Shown: positions 1 to 12,390 of the stretch, piece by piece
Numbering within the stretch: position 1 is the first letter of the stretch
Layout of the letters: every line of letters starts with the position of its first letter
Origin: Chiloscyllium plagiosum
Lineage: Eukaryota
Reading direction: 5' to 3'
NCBI RefSeq assembly: GCF_004010195.1
Contig: NC_057718.1
Span: forward strand, 40,420,712 to 40,459,084
DNA: 38,373 nt
Made by a program: the position numbers and the translations under genes
Notes under the pieces: generated by a model
The model's input: only the letters and a program-made list of their open reading frames with translations
The model's database searches: none
Told to the model about the DNA's origin: nothing

Positions 1-990
1 TTATACCTCAAACCATGTAACAAAAAACCCTCCCCTTTCTTATCTGTAAAATAACCTAAAATATTACACTTCATAGGTATATGTGAATTGCTTTCTCTAT
101 AGACAATCAAACCTTTCAGAAACAATCGAAAATGCTAGTTCAAGAAGATTTACATCTGTTGTTTGCCCTTCTTAGCCTCGTAACTTATGACTCTACAACT
201 CTTCTTCATGGCAGGAGTAATATTGGAGATTCCCCCTCTAGTGTTAGCTGAGTGATTCTTTCAGCCTCAAGACACTTATCATCAGTTGTATATTTTCAAC
301 CTGAGCAAGCTTCCGTCCACAGTCCAGTACTGTGAATCATTGAAGGTCTTAGCCTATACATACTCTGTTGCTCCAGGATCCTGGCAGACTAAGCTCCCTG
401 TGATATGCAGTGATATTTTAGCAAAATCTACAACCTAATATCACATTGGTTATCTCTGTGCTGTGTCCATCTCAAAGTCCATCAGTGTGACAACATAAAT
501 CACCTGGGACATGTATCCAGGTAGGGATGTTAATTGACAATCATTGAAAGCTCATTTCAGAACTAAATGGACAATTTAAAGTTCAATCATTTACAATCCA
601 TCATTTATAATACTTCTCTGAGAGTTTGGAAACTCATTCTGTCTATTGTTGGCACACAGGCTGTTGCAATCATCTTCAAGTGTAAACTTTCTTCTCAGTA
701 AAACAATTTGGGTCTCTTATAGTCTCTAACAGCCATATCACCCAGGCAGAGAGATTTTAGAGCAGGCCAGATGTCATTTTATCTTCTGTTAAATACTGTT
801 TTGGTAAACATAACAGTTTTATGAAGCTCATAATTCGAGTACAACTTGCAACCATTGAATTATAAATAGTCCAAAAGGGAATGTGTGTTGGATGACATTG
901 CAGTAGGCATGCATTGAATCCATTCCCCACAGTCAAATGATGAAGGAATAGTATATAATAGAAAAAGAAGTAGTTGGCTTATGTAGATAA

Positions 991-1167
991 TATCGCTGCT
1001 GAAAATGTGTTGCTGGAAAAGCACAGCAGGTCAGGCAGCATCCAGGGAACAGGAGAATTGACGTTTCGGGTATAAGAGATGGAAATGTGTTGCTGGAGAA
1101 GCGCAGCAGGTCAGGCAGCATCTAGGGAACAGGAGAATCGACGTTTCGGGTATAAGCCCTTCTTCAG
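991..1167 (-). mobile_element. Short PLE-type / hammerhead-bearing repeat, partial tandem of two units (1001-1076, 1082-1167)
   Basis: Two near-identical ~76-86 bp units (aaatgtgttgctgga..gcagcaggtcaggcagcatc..gggaacaggagaat.gacgtttcgggtataag). Minus strand of the second unit reads CTGAAGA-A-GGGcttataCCC-GAAA-CGTC. Flanked by an imperfect direct repeat ggcttatgtagataa (976-990) / ggcttagttagataa (1168-1182). Confidence 0.75.
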
Positions 1168-1379
1168 GGCTTAGTTAGATAAAATGTCAATGAGGAAGCC
1201 TGAGCCAGCTTACAACATGATTTGGACAAAATCTAACTTTGTGCTGAAATGCCATAATTTTGTTTTGAATCACATGAATGTCAGGTAATAACTATCCAAA
1301 ACACAAAAAGTTGCAACTATGTCGCATAAACCTCAACATTGTCCAATTGTTTTAGCCTTCCACGATTAACATCTTATGG

Positions 1380-1915
1380 TCACCACTGACAATGTGCCTA
1401 ACTGGATTGGACACAAAAGCAATGCAGCTGTTAGGCAAGGCAGCGAGTGGGTACTCTGCAGTGGGTGAGCAACCTTGTGACACCACCATCTAGAGACTGA
1501 AATCTACAGTACAGAAGAATACTCACCACTTACAGCACTACAAGACAGAAGAATATGCCTGATTAGGACCTGTGCCACCCAAGCTAATCTCCACCCCTGT
1601 ACCACTGACAAACTGGCTGCAGTAGGCATCCTTGACAGGATGCATTGTAACAATACTGTGACTGATGCACCAAGCTATCATCAATGTTTCACCAAAAAGA
1701 ATGAGCATTACAATGATGAGTCATAATCCTGCTGATTTCCCTCTAAATCATGCACCACCTTCACTTGGTCAGGAACTCCTTGTTTGACTTTGAATCAAAA
1801 TCCTAGAATTATCTGCCTACCACCACTATGGGAGCACATTGCTGAGACAGCCAGTCCATTTCAGCTTATGGTCAATCATCATCCCCATGATATTGACAAT
1901 AGGATTTCAGGAAAT
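1380..1915 (+). mobile_element. Highly decayed CR1/L2-group LINE 3' fragment
   Basis: Remnants of ORF2 C-terminal motifs (gaatactcacca = EYSP; caagacagaagaatatgcctgatt, resembling QDKAARLI). The 3' part resembles 27990-28460 and 4125-4270. Confidence 0.5.
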
Positions 1916-2919
1916 GCTGCTTGCGTTGAAGATCAGGGCATAGCAGTTGTGTATTTTGCTGAACAAACACTGTACTGCCTCAGGAAGATTGCAACCATCA
2001 GCCTCTCAGAGCAACTTGGGATTGGCCTTTATCAGCTTTTGTACATCAAAAAAATCCAGTTAAGTGAAAACTATACACATTAGCCAATTTACTTTGCCAC
2101 AGTTGCAGTACTATATTGTGGTTTTTCTTATAATATGCATTTAACAAGACCCACATATTGAGTACCTGTAATATCCACATGTAATCCAACAAATTAAGGC
2201 AATGGATTAATGCAACACTATGAAATATTGAACTACTTTAGTGCATGGAAGAGGTCAATATGACAGCAAAACCTTCAGCTAACTTAATTTTCAAGTTATA
2301 ACAACAGGGATTTACTGGCACACCACTTGATGGCAACAAAGCAAAACAAAAGTGTTGTTGCCAATGATACAAATAGTATTTTGCAGAAGCAGTAAAGCAA
2401 TAAAGCAGGGCCCTATAAATCCTATATAATAAATACATAATATGGCAGCAGTGATAATCTAATCTTTGTCTGGAGTCTCTTTGATATATATGGCTCCTGT
2501 GGTTGGATGGCATGCCTTGGCCTGAGGCCTTTACATTTAATCAGCAACTGTTTATGCTTCTTACATTTCTGACAAATAAAAGTTATCTGTTAATTACAAT
2601 ACCCATCAGCTGTGAGACCTTGTACTGCTGACTGTCTGTAATTACATACAGTCTGCTAGAGGCTTAGGCCAGGCTTCAGTGAGGCTCAAGTTAATTATCC
2701 GGTTCTGGCTGGGCTCAATATCAAGAAAAAAGCTAATGTCAAAGGTGAACTGGGCAGAGATTCAAATCCACTAGAGCATGAATACAACATCCTAACTTTG
2801 TGAATAATATCTCTTATATGCAGCATTTTTAATACCACTGCAGTGTGTTCACATTTTTACTTTATTGGTTTCTTAGCCACTGACTCCATCCCTCATCAAT
2901 TGTCTGTGATTAGACCAGA

Positions 2920-3582
2920 TTATTTGGCAACCTTGTTGATGATTTTGAACTGGACTTCACTTCAGCTTCCCAATACATAGCTGCACCATCACTAAGACCA
3001 TCTATTTCTTCATCTGCCCTTGTTTATTTTCTGTTGAACCCTTTGTCCATGCTTCCATTACCTCTAGACTTGACTATTCAAATGCACTCCAGGATGATTT
3101 CATACATTTAGCCATTATAAACTTGAGGTCAGTCCCTCCTGCCTATGTTCTCAATCACACCAGGTCTCACTTCCCCATGACCTGTGTTCACTGACTTATA
3201 CTTGCTTTGGGTTATGCAACTCTTTGTTTTCAATTGCTCCATGGTCTCACGACTCTCTGTTGTGATAAACTGTTTCAGTCTCACCATTCTCTGAGATATC
3301 TACCCCTCTCAAGTTCTGGATTCCTGAACAACACTGATATTAATTGCTCAATTATTGATGGCCATGCTTGCAGCTCTCTTGACCCTAAACTCTGAAATTC
3401 TTTCCCTAAACTCAATTTATCTAGTATCGTCCGTTAAGATGCTCATTTAAATCTATCCTTTTAACCAAACTTTTGGTCATCTGAACTGAAGTTTCTGTAT
3501 GTGGCTAAGTGTGGCAATTTGCTTTTTATTCCCTGTGAAGAACCATGTGATATTTTATTAAGTTAAAAGGTGCTAAAGAATT
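2920..3582 (+). mobile_element. L2-clade LINE 3' fragment
   Basis: About 3036-3089 translates EPFVHASITSRLDYSNAL, the L2 ORF2 'VHAFVTSRLDYCN' motif. Ends in an L2-type tail (cctgtgaagaaccatgtgatattttattaagttaaaaggtgcta). Confidence 0.75.
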
Positions 3583-3606
3583 GCAGAAATTGTATGTAAT
3601 ATGTAA

Positions 3607-3840
3607 TAAAAGCTGTAAGTCCTGGAAAAATCTCAGTAAGTCTGACAGCATCTTTGAAGATGGAATTATAGTTAATGTTTCAAGTCTCATATGGCATTTC
3701 TTCAGAACTACTAGAAGAGTCATATTGGACTCAAAACATTCATACTGTTTCTCTGCCTACAGGTGCTGCCAGACGTGTTGAGTTTTTCCAGACTTACTGT
3801 TTTCATTTCAGATTTCCAGAATCCACAGTATTTTGTGTTT
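3607..3840. repeat. Inverted pair of older PLE-type terminal repeats with degenerate hammerhead cores at the centre
   Basis: Left arm (ctggaaaaatctcagtaagtctgacagcatct..aatgtttcaagtc..tcttcag) is a diverged reverse complement of the right arm (gaagagtcatattggactcaaaacatt..ggtgctgccagacgtgttgagtttttccag). Stem gagtc/gactc is retained. Confidence 0.65.
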
Positions 3841-3944
3841 ATTCGTGGATAATGTGTATTTAGTTGGGATATTGTTCACTGCTGATGTGTTTTGCCTTTA
3901 GGATTCAAAGTTGGAAAAGCATGTAGACAGTTTGAGATAAAAGC

Positions 3945-4110
3945 AGTAAATGTTGAAAATGCGAAACAAGTCTGCTAGCATCTGCAAAGAGAGAAACAGA
4001 ATTAATGTTCATTAGAAATGTCATCAATCCATGCATTTTTGGAGAGAATACATTGGAAGCAAAACTTGCATGATCCTCTCCAAACAAAACCACGCTGACC
4101 TGCAACTCAT
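3945..4110. repeat. Very decayed copy of the same older PLE-type repeat
   Basis: gtctgctagcatctgcaaagagagaaacagaattaatgttc resembles the arms at 3620-3680 and 10160-10220. Confidence 0.45.
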
Positions 4111-4124
4111 TACTGTTTCTGGGT

Positions 4125-4270
4125 CATGATCTTGAAATTTCCTTCATGACAACATTTGCACCAGATAAACTGTAGTGGTTCAAGAGGGGCATCACCACCT
4201 TTTCATGGGCAATTAGAGATGGATAACAAATACTGGCCTGGCCATCAATGCCCACATCCCATGAAAGAAT
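4125..4270 (+). mobile_element. LINE 3' tail fragment (same family as 27990-28460)
   Basis: tggttcaagaggggcatcaccacctttt..ggcaattagagatggataacaaatactggcctggccatcaatgcccacatcccatga matches 28359-28452. Confidence 0.6.
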
Positions 4271-6223
4271 AGATTAAATATGAATGGAGCTCCATCCAAC
4301 TTGCCTTATCTGAAAGTTACATTGTATTGCAATTCTCTTCTTCCTCACATGCTTGTCCAGTTTCCATTGAAATGCATCAGTATTATTTACATCAATTACT
4401 TCTTGTGTTAGCTCGTTCTATATTGAATGCTGATCTCATAACCATTTCCACCACACTCAGCAGTTCAGCTCAACTAGTCATGGTGGGTACTAAAGGGGAT
4501 TCACACCAAGGTCTTTCAGGAATCGTTCCTTTAAAACTGTATTGCTTCATTTATAGTTGCTGCAATTTAATGAAAGTGTTATTAGTTGCAATAATGGTCC
4601 TTCAATTTGTTGAAATATAAGCATTGAGTATCTGGAAAATCTGTTTGCACCACGAGTGCACAGTCCACAGCACCAACTCCTTAAGGAAATCTCAGGCCAT
4701 GATCATGTTGATGGAGAGACTCACAGCTTCAAGTTCAACAGGAAGTAGTTGCAGGGATATGCCATCAAACAGGCCTGTGCAAAACTTCCGCTAAAGGTCC
4801 TGGTCATTGAGAAAAGCCATGAATGTTTATAACCCATAGCTCCTTCTATGCACATGGGAACTCTGTGTTATTTGACAAGTTGTAGTCAAAGATGCATCAA
4901 ACCAATACTGCTATATTCTTCTGCAGAGTGAACACCCTCTTCACAGGAAACAAAAGCAACAAAAACTCTGACTCCCCCAGTGATTCCATGAGATTCCTGG
5001 ATTCCCTACAGTGCTGGGCATTTCCTAATGCAGCAAGTCTGTTTTCCACCCCCTTTCCTACTGATTCGCCATCAAAATGATGCCAGAAAGGTTCACTAAT
5101 CACCAAAGGCAGACTCCGTCAGAACACCATTGATAAATGTAAGTAGGGATCTGGTGACATCCCAAAAACACTTAACCTACTTGATTGTAGTGTCCCCTGT
5201 ATCTGGCCTGCCAAATGAAATTGGCAGGAAGCTAGTGAGTCCACTGAAGGTGAGTCGAATTTATTTAGTGGGGTTAACGATAAACAGGAGTATTTACCGA
5301 GAGATTTACACTGCTGTTGTCTGAGGTGATTGCCCTGACTGACAAACAGGCTAAACCTCCTGCTGCACCAATATAGTTGCGGTATAAATAAAATGGAAAT
5401 GGAATAAGGACAACACTGCACCAATTCTGCAGCCATTGTCTTTTGTTAGATGAAATATGTGCTTTGCTCTCAATGAATGCCTGTTTTTACATAATGACTT
5501 TCCTTAAAGCTGCTGCACAATAGGACATCCCACCCGCAGGCTTGCAGCGAATGCCCATCCCCTGTTGGGAGCTCAGACTGATTCATGAGCTGAACCCAGA
5601 GGTTGTGGTAGGAGCTGCCATGTGGAAGCAATAAGCTGACAGTCCACTCCAACTTGTATTTTTAGCTAATAGTTCATTTCTATTTGTCCATTGGTGCTTT
5701 AAAGGCCTGACTTGTGGATTACCTTGGAGTACTAGAAGGGGAGGCTTGTGTCCAACATTTCCCATGTCATTAGCCTTTTAATTTCAACTGTCTTTTAATG
5801 TAGGGTGGGACAGTTGACAGATTTTACTTGTCTTCCTATCTTACTTTGTAATAATAGCCAGAGAAATCAGTATTGAACTCTTCAAGCCAGTGTGACTGGT
5901 AGTGGAAAATGTATGACGGAGGAACATTTCAGGGGAACAGTGCGGAGGGCAATCAATATAACACCATCGACCATATTATCTGTCAGATTGACATTTTCAT
6001 ATCATTCATTGTCAGTTTATATCAATGTAAGCTATGAGTTATTATTTGAGCAAAGACAGATGATGTTTTGGTAAGGTGAGTTTATCCACTACCATTAGTC
6101 GATGGGAAATGATACCGGGAGAGTAGGAGAACTCTGTATGTTCTCATATATTTGAAATGTGTGTGCACCAGTGCACAGCGAAGCCCGAGTAATATTTTTC
6201 TTCGCTGTTTTTTGGGCAGATAT

Positions 6224-6237
6224 CCAGTAGATGGCAG
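6224..6237 (+). promoter_or_regulatory. Candidate CTCF binding core motif
   Basis: CCAGTAGATGGCAG matches the consensus CCASYAGRKGGCRS exactly and lies in apparently unique sequence that retains several CpGs (5915-6205). Confidence 0.45.
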
Positions 6238-7167
6238 TATATTTCCAACAAAAATATTCTTTTCAGTAATGTTTTACAAATTGAACAGTTTCCTAGTTTG
6301 ACCAAAACAAATTTCAAATCCTTTCATACCCAACACACCATGTAGGAAACCAGATGAAACTAGCCAGACCATTCTCATTAATTTTAATGATAGTCCTAAA
6401 ATCATTATGCATAAAACACACATATCCTTGATTACGAAGACATCAGAGAAATGGAGTATCAAACTTATCATAGTACTGAAAAGAAATTCAGAAATTCTTT
6501 GGTTTGCTGTCTCCAGGAACATAAATATAACTAGTCACTCATTTCCTCCTGCCAATCACTTGCCTTCCAGAAAATGGTCATTGAAAGTTTTGTCATGAAT
6601 TTGAAAATACGGATGTGTTATGCAGAACTGGAGGAACTAACTAATTCCAATGCAATATGTGCATCAAAATTTGAATGTGGAATATCTGAAATCTGACCTA
6701 TTTGGACTACTGAAGAGGTGGGATTTGTGTTTGCAACCATATCTTATACTAATATAGAGATCCCTCCTAGAGCAGCCAGAGTCCAAGAGCACTGGCTAGT
6801 GCAATATTTTAAAATAGATTTTCACTTCTCAGACTTGGGAGAGAAAACACTCCTCCTCTTTATCTTCTAGCTCAAAGTGTGAGACAGGTACAAATCTACA
6901 AAGTACAATTGTCCGTAATTCAGCATTAAATTGGTAGTGTCACCAAGACAGACCACCAGGATAGCTGGCTTGGCCAGTGGAACATTGCTGGAATAGAGTA
7001 CAGAGAGCTTTAGTCTCCATCTGGGTCATGTCATCCTTTAACTAAAAATGCTTGATACCGACACAGGATTTCAAAATGAGAGAATTCTTCATTCCACTGT
7101 GCTGACAGGAAGTGACTGGGCAAAAATACATCACTCTGATAAGCAGGTTGTGAAGTGCTATGTATGA

Positions 7168-7257
7168 ACAGAAAGTGCTGAAATGCTCAAGTGATCAGAC
7201 GGAATCTATGAAGAGAAAATAGAATGAATTTTTTCAGGCTGGTGATCTTGCATCAAG
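7168..7257 (-). repeat. Decayed single arm of older PLE-type repeat
   Basis: agaaagtgctgaaatgctcaag..atctatgaagagaaaatagaatgaattttttcagg..cttgcatcaag is colinear with the arm at 29550-29632. Confidence 0.4.
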
Positions 7258-8559
7258 TGCAGTTTGGTCGTTTGAGGTAGATTCCCCACAACTGGTTTTG
7301 GGAAGGAATTGGCTCTACACAAAAAGAAAAATGGATAGAAAATTGGTCTCTTGATTTTATTTTCTTCTAACTTGTTTCTACTCTTGCTACTCCCTCATTA
7401 GTGCTAGAATATGCCCTTCATCAGCTTGAGGAATTTATTTTTTAATGTTTGTCCAGCTGGAGTTTCCATTTTGTTTCTCGTATTAAAAATTGCCAACATA
7501 CTCGATGGCTGTGGCGATGCTCCATCATACCAACTTCTGTAGACTGTTTTGATTCTCCATGGTTTATGACTTCAAAATTCTTGTTCTATGTTCTCAATTT
7601 TCTCCTATGTCTTTTCCTACTCCGTTTTAGCTCCACCAGCTTACTCATATTCCCTGACTAAGTTTGTATAGGTTTTCTCTCTTTTCAAAAACAGCCTCAG
7701 AGCCCTTCTTTAAATGCTTTCACCCCTAATTTCAAACTATCCATTTTCCCCCTCATGTGCTGACTTTTTTTTCCTCAGTGTAAAATATCTCGTAATACCA
7801 CCCTGCATGTGAGGAGTGTCACGGAAATGCAAGTTGCAATTGTTTCTTGTTCATTCTTGACCAGTTCCCAATGTTTGATACACTGTGTTACTGCTGTCAA
7901 ATAGAGATTCCAGCTTTACACATTGAATGTAACAAAGTGTTACATCTCGATGGTCTAATTTATTCAATGAGCTTTTTGGCAATGTAGAAATAGCAAGAGT
8001 AGTGTAAACCATGAAAATGTAAAGGACGACTCAAAGTAGATTGTAAACAACATGCATTTTACATTAGAAGAATGTTCTATTTAGTTTGGAAATGACAAAG
8101 TTATTTCTAATTTGAATAATAACATTTGATTCAGGTTAAGCAAACAAAGAATAATCTGCAGCAACAGAAGAAAATGCCCTTTATGTGCTCATATTTTCTG
8201 TTAACTCTTCAATCACCAGTTTGCTTAATACTATGTTGCCAAGTGTTTGATTGATCTACTTTGGGACTCAGCAACAAAAGTAAGTGCAAAAATAAGTTGA
8301 CACTACTATTTTTGTTTTAGCGATTTTATTGCCTGAAAATCCTCACTACATTTGCAGGGATGAAGCAATAATTTAGAAATAACAGTTATACCAAACCTTC
8401 TGCTTTTTAGCATTTTCTCAGCATATAAATTCAATGGCGTATGATGGAAAAGTATTGAGTACGATCGTATAAAGGAATTTTACTTTAAACCTTTTAAAAT
8501 TTTCAGCAAACTTATTTTCAGAACAATAAGGACAAAATTGCTGTTGCTACTACAAACCC

Positions 8560-9545
8560 TAAACAATTTGGTAATAAACATTATACTGCATTGGCCATGA
8601 ATTCGCACACTCACACAGCCTGTCCAAATTACTCTGAATCATCTCTACAACATCTTCACAGCTCACCCCCTCCCCACCCAGCTTTGTGTCATCTGCAAAA
8701 TTGAAGATATTACATTCAGATCCCCCATCTAAATAAGTGATACATACAGTGAATAGGTGGGGTCCTCGCATTGATCCCTATGGTACCCCATCAGTCACCG
8801 CCTGCTATTTGGAAAATGACCCATTTATTCCTTCTCTTTGTTTCCTGTGTGCCATCCTGACTTCTATTCAACTCAATACAAGACCCCAAACTCCTTCTGT
8901 TTATACACCTATAGAAACTTCCCAGGTGCTCTGCTATTAAATCTTTTATAATGGACTCTAAGATTTTCTCCACTACTGACATCAGGCTGATTTGTCTATA
9001 ATTGCTGGTTTTCTCTCTCGCTGCCATTTTCAATAAAAAGTTTACATTTGCTACCATCCAATCTGTAGAAACTTCCAGCAGATAAAATGTTGCAAGATAG
9101 CACCTAACGCATCCACAATTTCGAGGTCCAGTTCCTTACATTCTCCAAGGATGTAGCTTATTAGACCCTGAGGATTTATTAACCTTCAGTCGCACCAATT
9201 TCTCCAAAACTATTTTCCTACTATTCCTAAATTCCTTCAGTTCCTCCCTCTCACTAAGCCCAACATTAGTGTATATGTGTTCTCCTTTGTGAAAAACAAA
9301 ACCAAAGTGTGTACTTAGTAGGTCAGACATTTCTTTGTTCCTCTTCATAAATTCCCCTGTTTCTGTCTGCAAGGAGCCTGCATTTGTCTTATACACCTAT
9401 AGAAACTTTTACAGTCAGTTTTTATGTTCTCTGCAAACTTACTCTTTACTATATTTTCTCTTTCTTAATCAATCTCTTTGTCCTCTATTGTAGAATACTA
9501 CTCTTCTCCCACTCCTCAGGTCTGTTGTTTTTCTGGCCAATTGGT
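8560..9545 (-). mobile_element. CR1 LINE ORF2 internal fragment (RT region, rearranged)
   Basis: Minus-strand ORFs give KLVRLKVNKSSGSNKLHP, SNYRQISLMSVVEKILESIIKD and FNFADDTKLGG. The segment with YLDFxKAFD is missing. Confidence 0.9.
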
Positions 9546-9569
9546 GTGCCTCTTCCTTGGACCTAATAC

Positions 9570-9737
9570 TAAAGAACAAAGAACAATACAGCAAAAGAAC
9601 AGATCCTTTGGCCCTCCAAGCCTGCGCCGACACATTTTGCGCTTTCATACTAAAACTGCCTTCACTTACAGGATTCATACCTCTCCATCCCTTTCCTCTT
9701 CATGTATGGTCCAGGTGCTTCTTGAATGCTCCTATTG
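9570..9737 (-). mobile_element. CR1 3' end fragment (different subfamily)
   Basis: Begins with a short tandem tail (aaagaacaaagaac), then a CR1-type 3' UTR. Minus strand encodes a FKKHLDHT-like ORF2 terminus. Confidence 0.7.
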
Positions 9738-9864
9738 TGAAATACCATTTGTAATTGCCCTTGAAAGCCATGATCGATTTGATAATGATGTTCCTGCCAC
9801 AGTTGAACAGCTGGCAATATGAGCAAACTTGGAATGTGAATTACCATAGTAATTGATATCGCAT

Positions 9865-10070
9865 GTCAGTGGAGTGCTGATTGGTTGGTAAGTGATTGCT
9901 AGATAATCAAAGAAATCAGAGTCCATTTGTCAACCAATCAAAGTCCTTCTCTCATTCTGTATAAATGTTGTTTTTGTTTTCCTTCAAAATGATATTCTGC
10001 ATCATTTGCAAAATATCCTGATGAATGCAACAAGAAAATCTTTGACAAAATATGTCTTTTTTCAGCAATA
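9865..10070 (+). repeat. Probable PLE-type 3' terminal region (third family) with decayed hammerhead-like core
   Basis: cCTGATGAatgcaacaaGAAAatctttgac at ~10017-10046, preceded by inverted tgattggttg / caaccaatca and a tataaa box. Confidence 0.4.
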
Positions 10071-10121
10071 CAATGTTAGCTCTTTAAAGTGATATTGAGA
10101 TTCAATTACTTGTCATGAAAA

Positions 10122-10330
10122 TAAAATATTGTGGATATTAGAAATCCGAAAACAATAAGTGCTGGCAAAACTCAGCAGGTCTGGCAGCATTCTGAGAAGA
10201 GTAAAACAGAACAAATGTTTCGAGTTGATTATCTTTTCTTCAGTTCACAACTTGAGACATTAACTCTGTTTCTGTCCTTACAGATGTTGCTAGACCTGCT
10301 GAATTTCTCCTGCACTTACTGTTCTTGTTC
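10122..10330. repeat. Inverted pair of older PLE-type terminal repeats
   Basis: taagtgctggcaaaactcagcaggtctggcagcatt..aacagaacaaatgtttcgagttg is mirrored by caacttgagacattaactctgttt..atgttgctagacctgctgaatttctcctgcactta. Minus-strand CTGAAGA..CGAAACATT remnant lies near the centre. Confidence 0.7.
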
Positions 10331-12019
10331 AGTTACTGTAAAATCTTCACTGTCCTTATCAACCTTGGAATTGCAGTGAGCAACTTTCTAACTAATGTTA
10401 ACAGTTTTCCATTTATGGGAGCACATGTGTTTTACCTGAAAAAAATAGTTAGTTAAGGAAACAACTCATATCTTTGCTTTTTCTGTGTTTTGGAACTCAT
10501 AATCATAATCACTGGGTTTGTGAATAGCAAGTATCCAAGGTCATATATGTGCTAGCCTTACAGCGAATATCAACCTCAGAGTGTTGAAAAGTTTTATTAG
10601 TTTTATAGTATGCTGTTGGTTTACTTTGCCCTTTCAAGGTTTCCTGAATAATTGCAAGTTCTGATCCTTCCACACAGCTGCAGTTGAGTCATTGGATAGG
10701 TGTATCTTGGCATGCTTCAGTCTCAGCCTACTGTTATAGTTTTAATGTGTTGACTCTTGGTTAGAGATAGTCACTGGAAACTATTCAGTGTCACAACCAA
10801 GTAGCGTTCTCTATTTGTGTGGCTATATAGTCAGTGCTGATTCAACTAAAGGGTGTGGTTGTGTGGGGACAGTAAGTGAATGGGGTAATGAAGCTTAAGT
10901 CTGTATCTGTTCAAAGTTTATGTTTGCAATTGTTGAGTTTTATTTCCTTCTCTTTTTAATTTAAGGGTATTAAGAGCAAGTGCCATTGTATTTAACCCAG
11001 AACAGAGACAATCAAAGCTGGTTGAATCTGGGTCTATATGGTTCAAAATACAGTAGTCATTTCATTTTCTTAGTAAGGTATCCAGGAGCATTTATTCTAC
11101 TATAACAGTTTGCTTTTTACATTTTTTTTTCACAAATTTGGTGCTGATCAAGTTGAAAGATACGAATACTACATGTCATAAAACTGAGAGTGAGAAAAGG
11201 CCATTTGGGCATTTAAGCTATCTTCATTTTGAGCCTGTGTACAATTATTCTTATGGCAGATTTTCTAACACATCTTATCCTATACCTTAGGAGTACAAAA
11301 CTGTATGCCCCCAATTTGTGTAGGTTGGCTTTCAGCTTACTCTGCTAGGTGTCAGCTTTTAGATTCAAGAAAGCTGAATCGTTTTCTCCACGGAGATTGG
11401 AGGATGCCAGAGATTGGAATGGCTGGAGAAAAAGATAAAACAGCAATTCAATTCAGTGAGTGTAAATCAAAAAGACAGAGAATGGTAGATACTCAACATC
11501 AGGATTGACCAACAGAAGAGCAGTGACTGTGAGTCAAAAATAATTCACTGACAAGCATTTTGAGATGTCTCGAAGACGTGAAAGAGACATGTTTGTGGTT
11601 GTTAGTGATAGTTGGATGTTGCCTGTCAGCTTTTTAAGGGGCACTGCTACTTTTTATCTTTGAAGCTGTCACTTGAGGGTTTGTTAGTTTTCCAGGTTTG
11701 GAAATAAACTGCCCATATATGCCCGTGTATTTTTGTACCCAGTATTGAGCTCGAACCCTCCCAGGTTAGGTGTAAAGCAGCTCATTTGATCAAATTGCTG
11801 CTTCAGCAGTTATCTTCATTGTCCAAACATAAACTAAGATAAAAGGAAAGTGAAAGTTAAGGCCATTAGGATCATTGAGACCACAATGTTATATGAACTG
11901 ATGTCAAAAAAACTACCTTGAATCACATGTACCTTGTTTTCAATGTAGTCTTCAGCAAAATACAAGCTTTGTTCCTCCCAAAAAGTTAACCTTCAGATAA
12001 AGTTGGGTAAGGTAGCAAT

Positions 12020-12390
12020 AGCTGGTCAGCTGTTTCATGCTCATTAGTAGCACTCCTGCCTCTGTACAAGAAGATTGTGACTTTAAGTCTTACTCCAGAC
12101 CTGAACTCACAATCTAGGCTGTTATTCCAGTACAGTACTGAGGATGAAATGTTAGACCAATACTCTGTCTGCTCTCTCAGGTGAACCCATTGAATGTCAG
12201 GGAAATCCTCCCTATTTCCCTGTCTCATATTTATCCCTCAACTAATTCCCAGAAGAGATTTTCTGTCCATTATCACAATGCTTTTTGCAGAAGCTTGTAG
12301 TGAATAAATTGCTTGATATCTGTTCAATGTAATAATGATGAAGTTCTTCAGAAGTTCTGCATTGGATGTAATGTTCTTTGAAATCATCAC
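12020..12390 (+). mobile_element. Ancient Deu-domain tRNA-SINE (SacSINE1/AmnSINE-like)
   Basis: Degenerate tRNA head, then cagtacagtactgagg, gatgaaatgttagacc, tctcaggtgaacc and catatttatccctcaac blocks, ending in an L2-like tail. Confidence 0.6.

Noticed and set aside
1001..1160. Repeat-spacer pattern suggesting a CRISPR array
   Set aside because: Vertebrate DNA with only two long units and no unique spacers; explained as a partial tandem retroelement.
11362..11455. Possible plus-strand exon (ttttag/..TTCA/gtgagt)
   Set aside because: Weak pyrimidine tract, unrecognised peptide and no supporting neighbouring exons.
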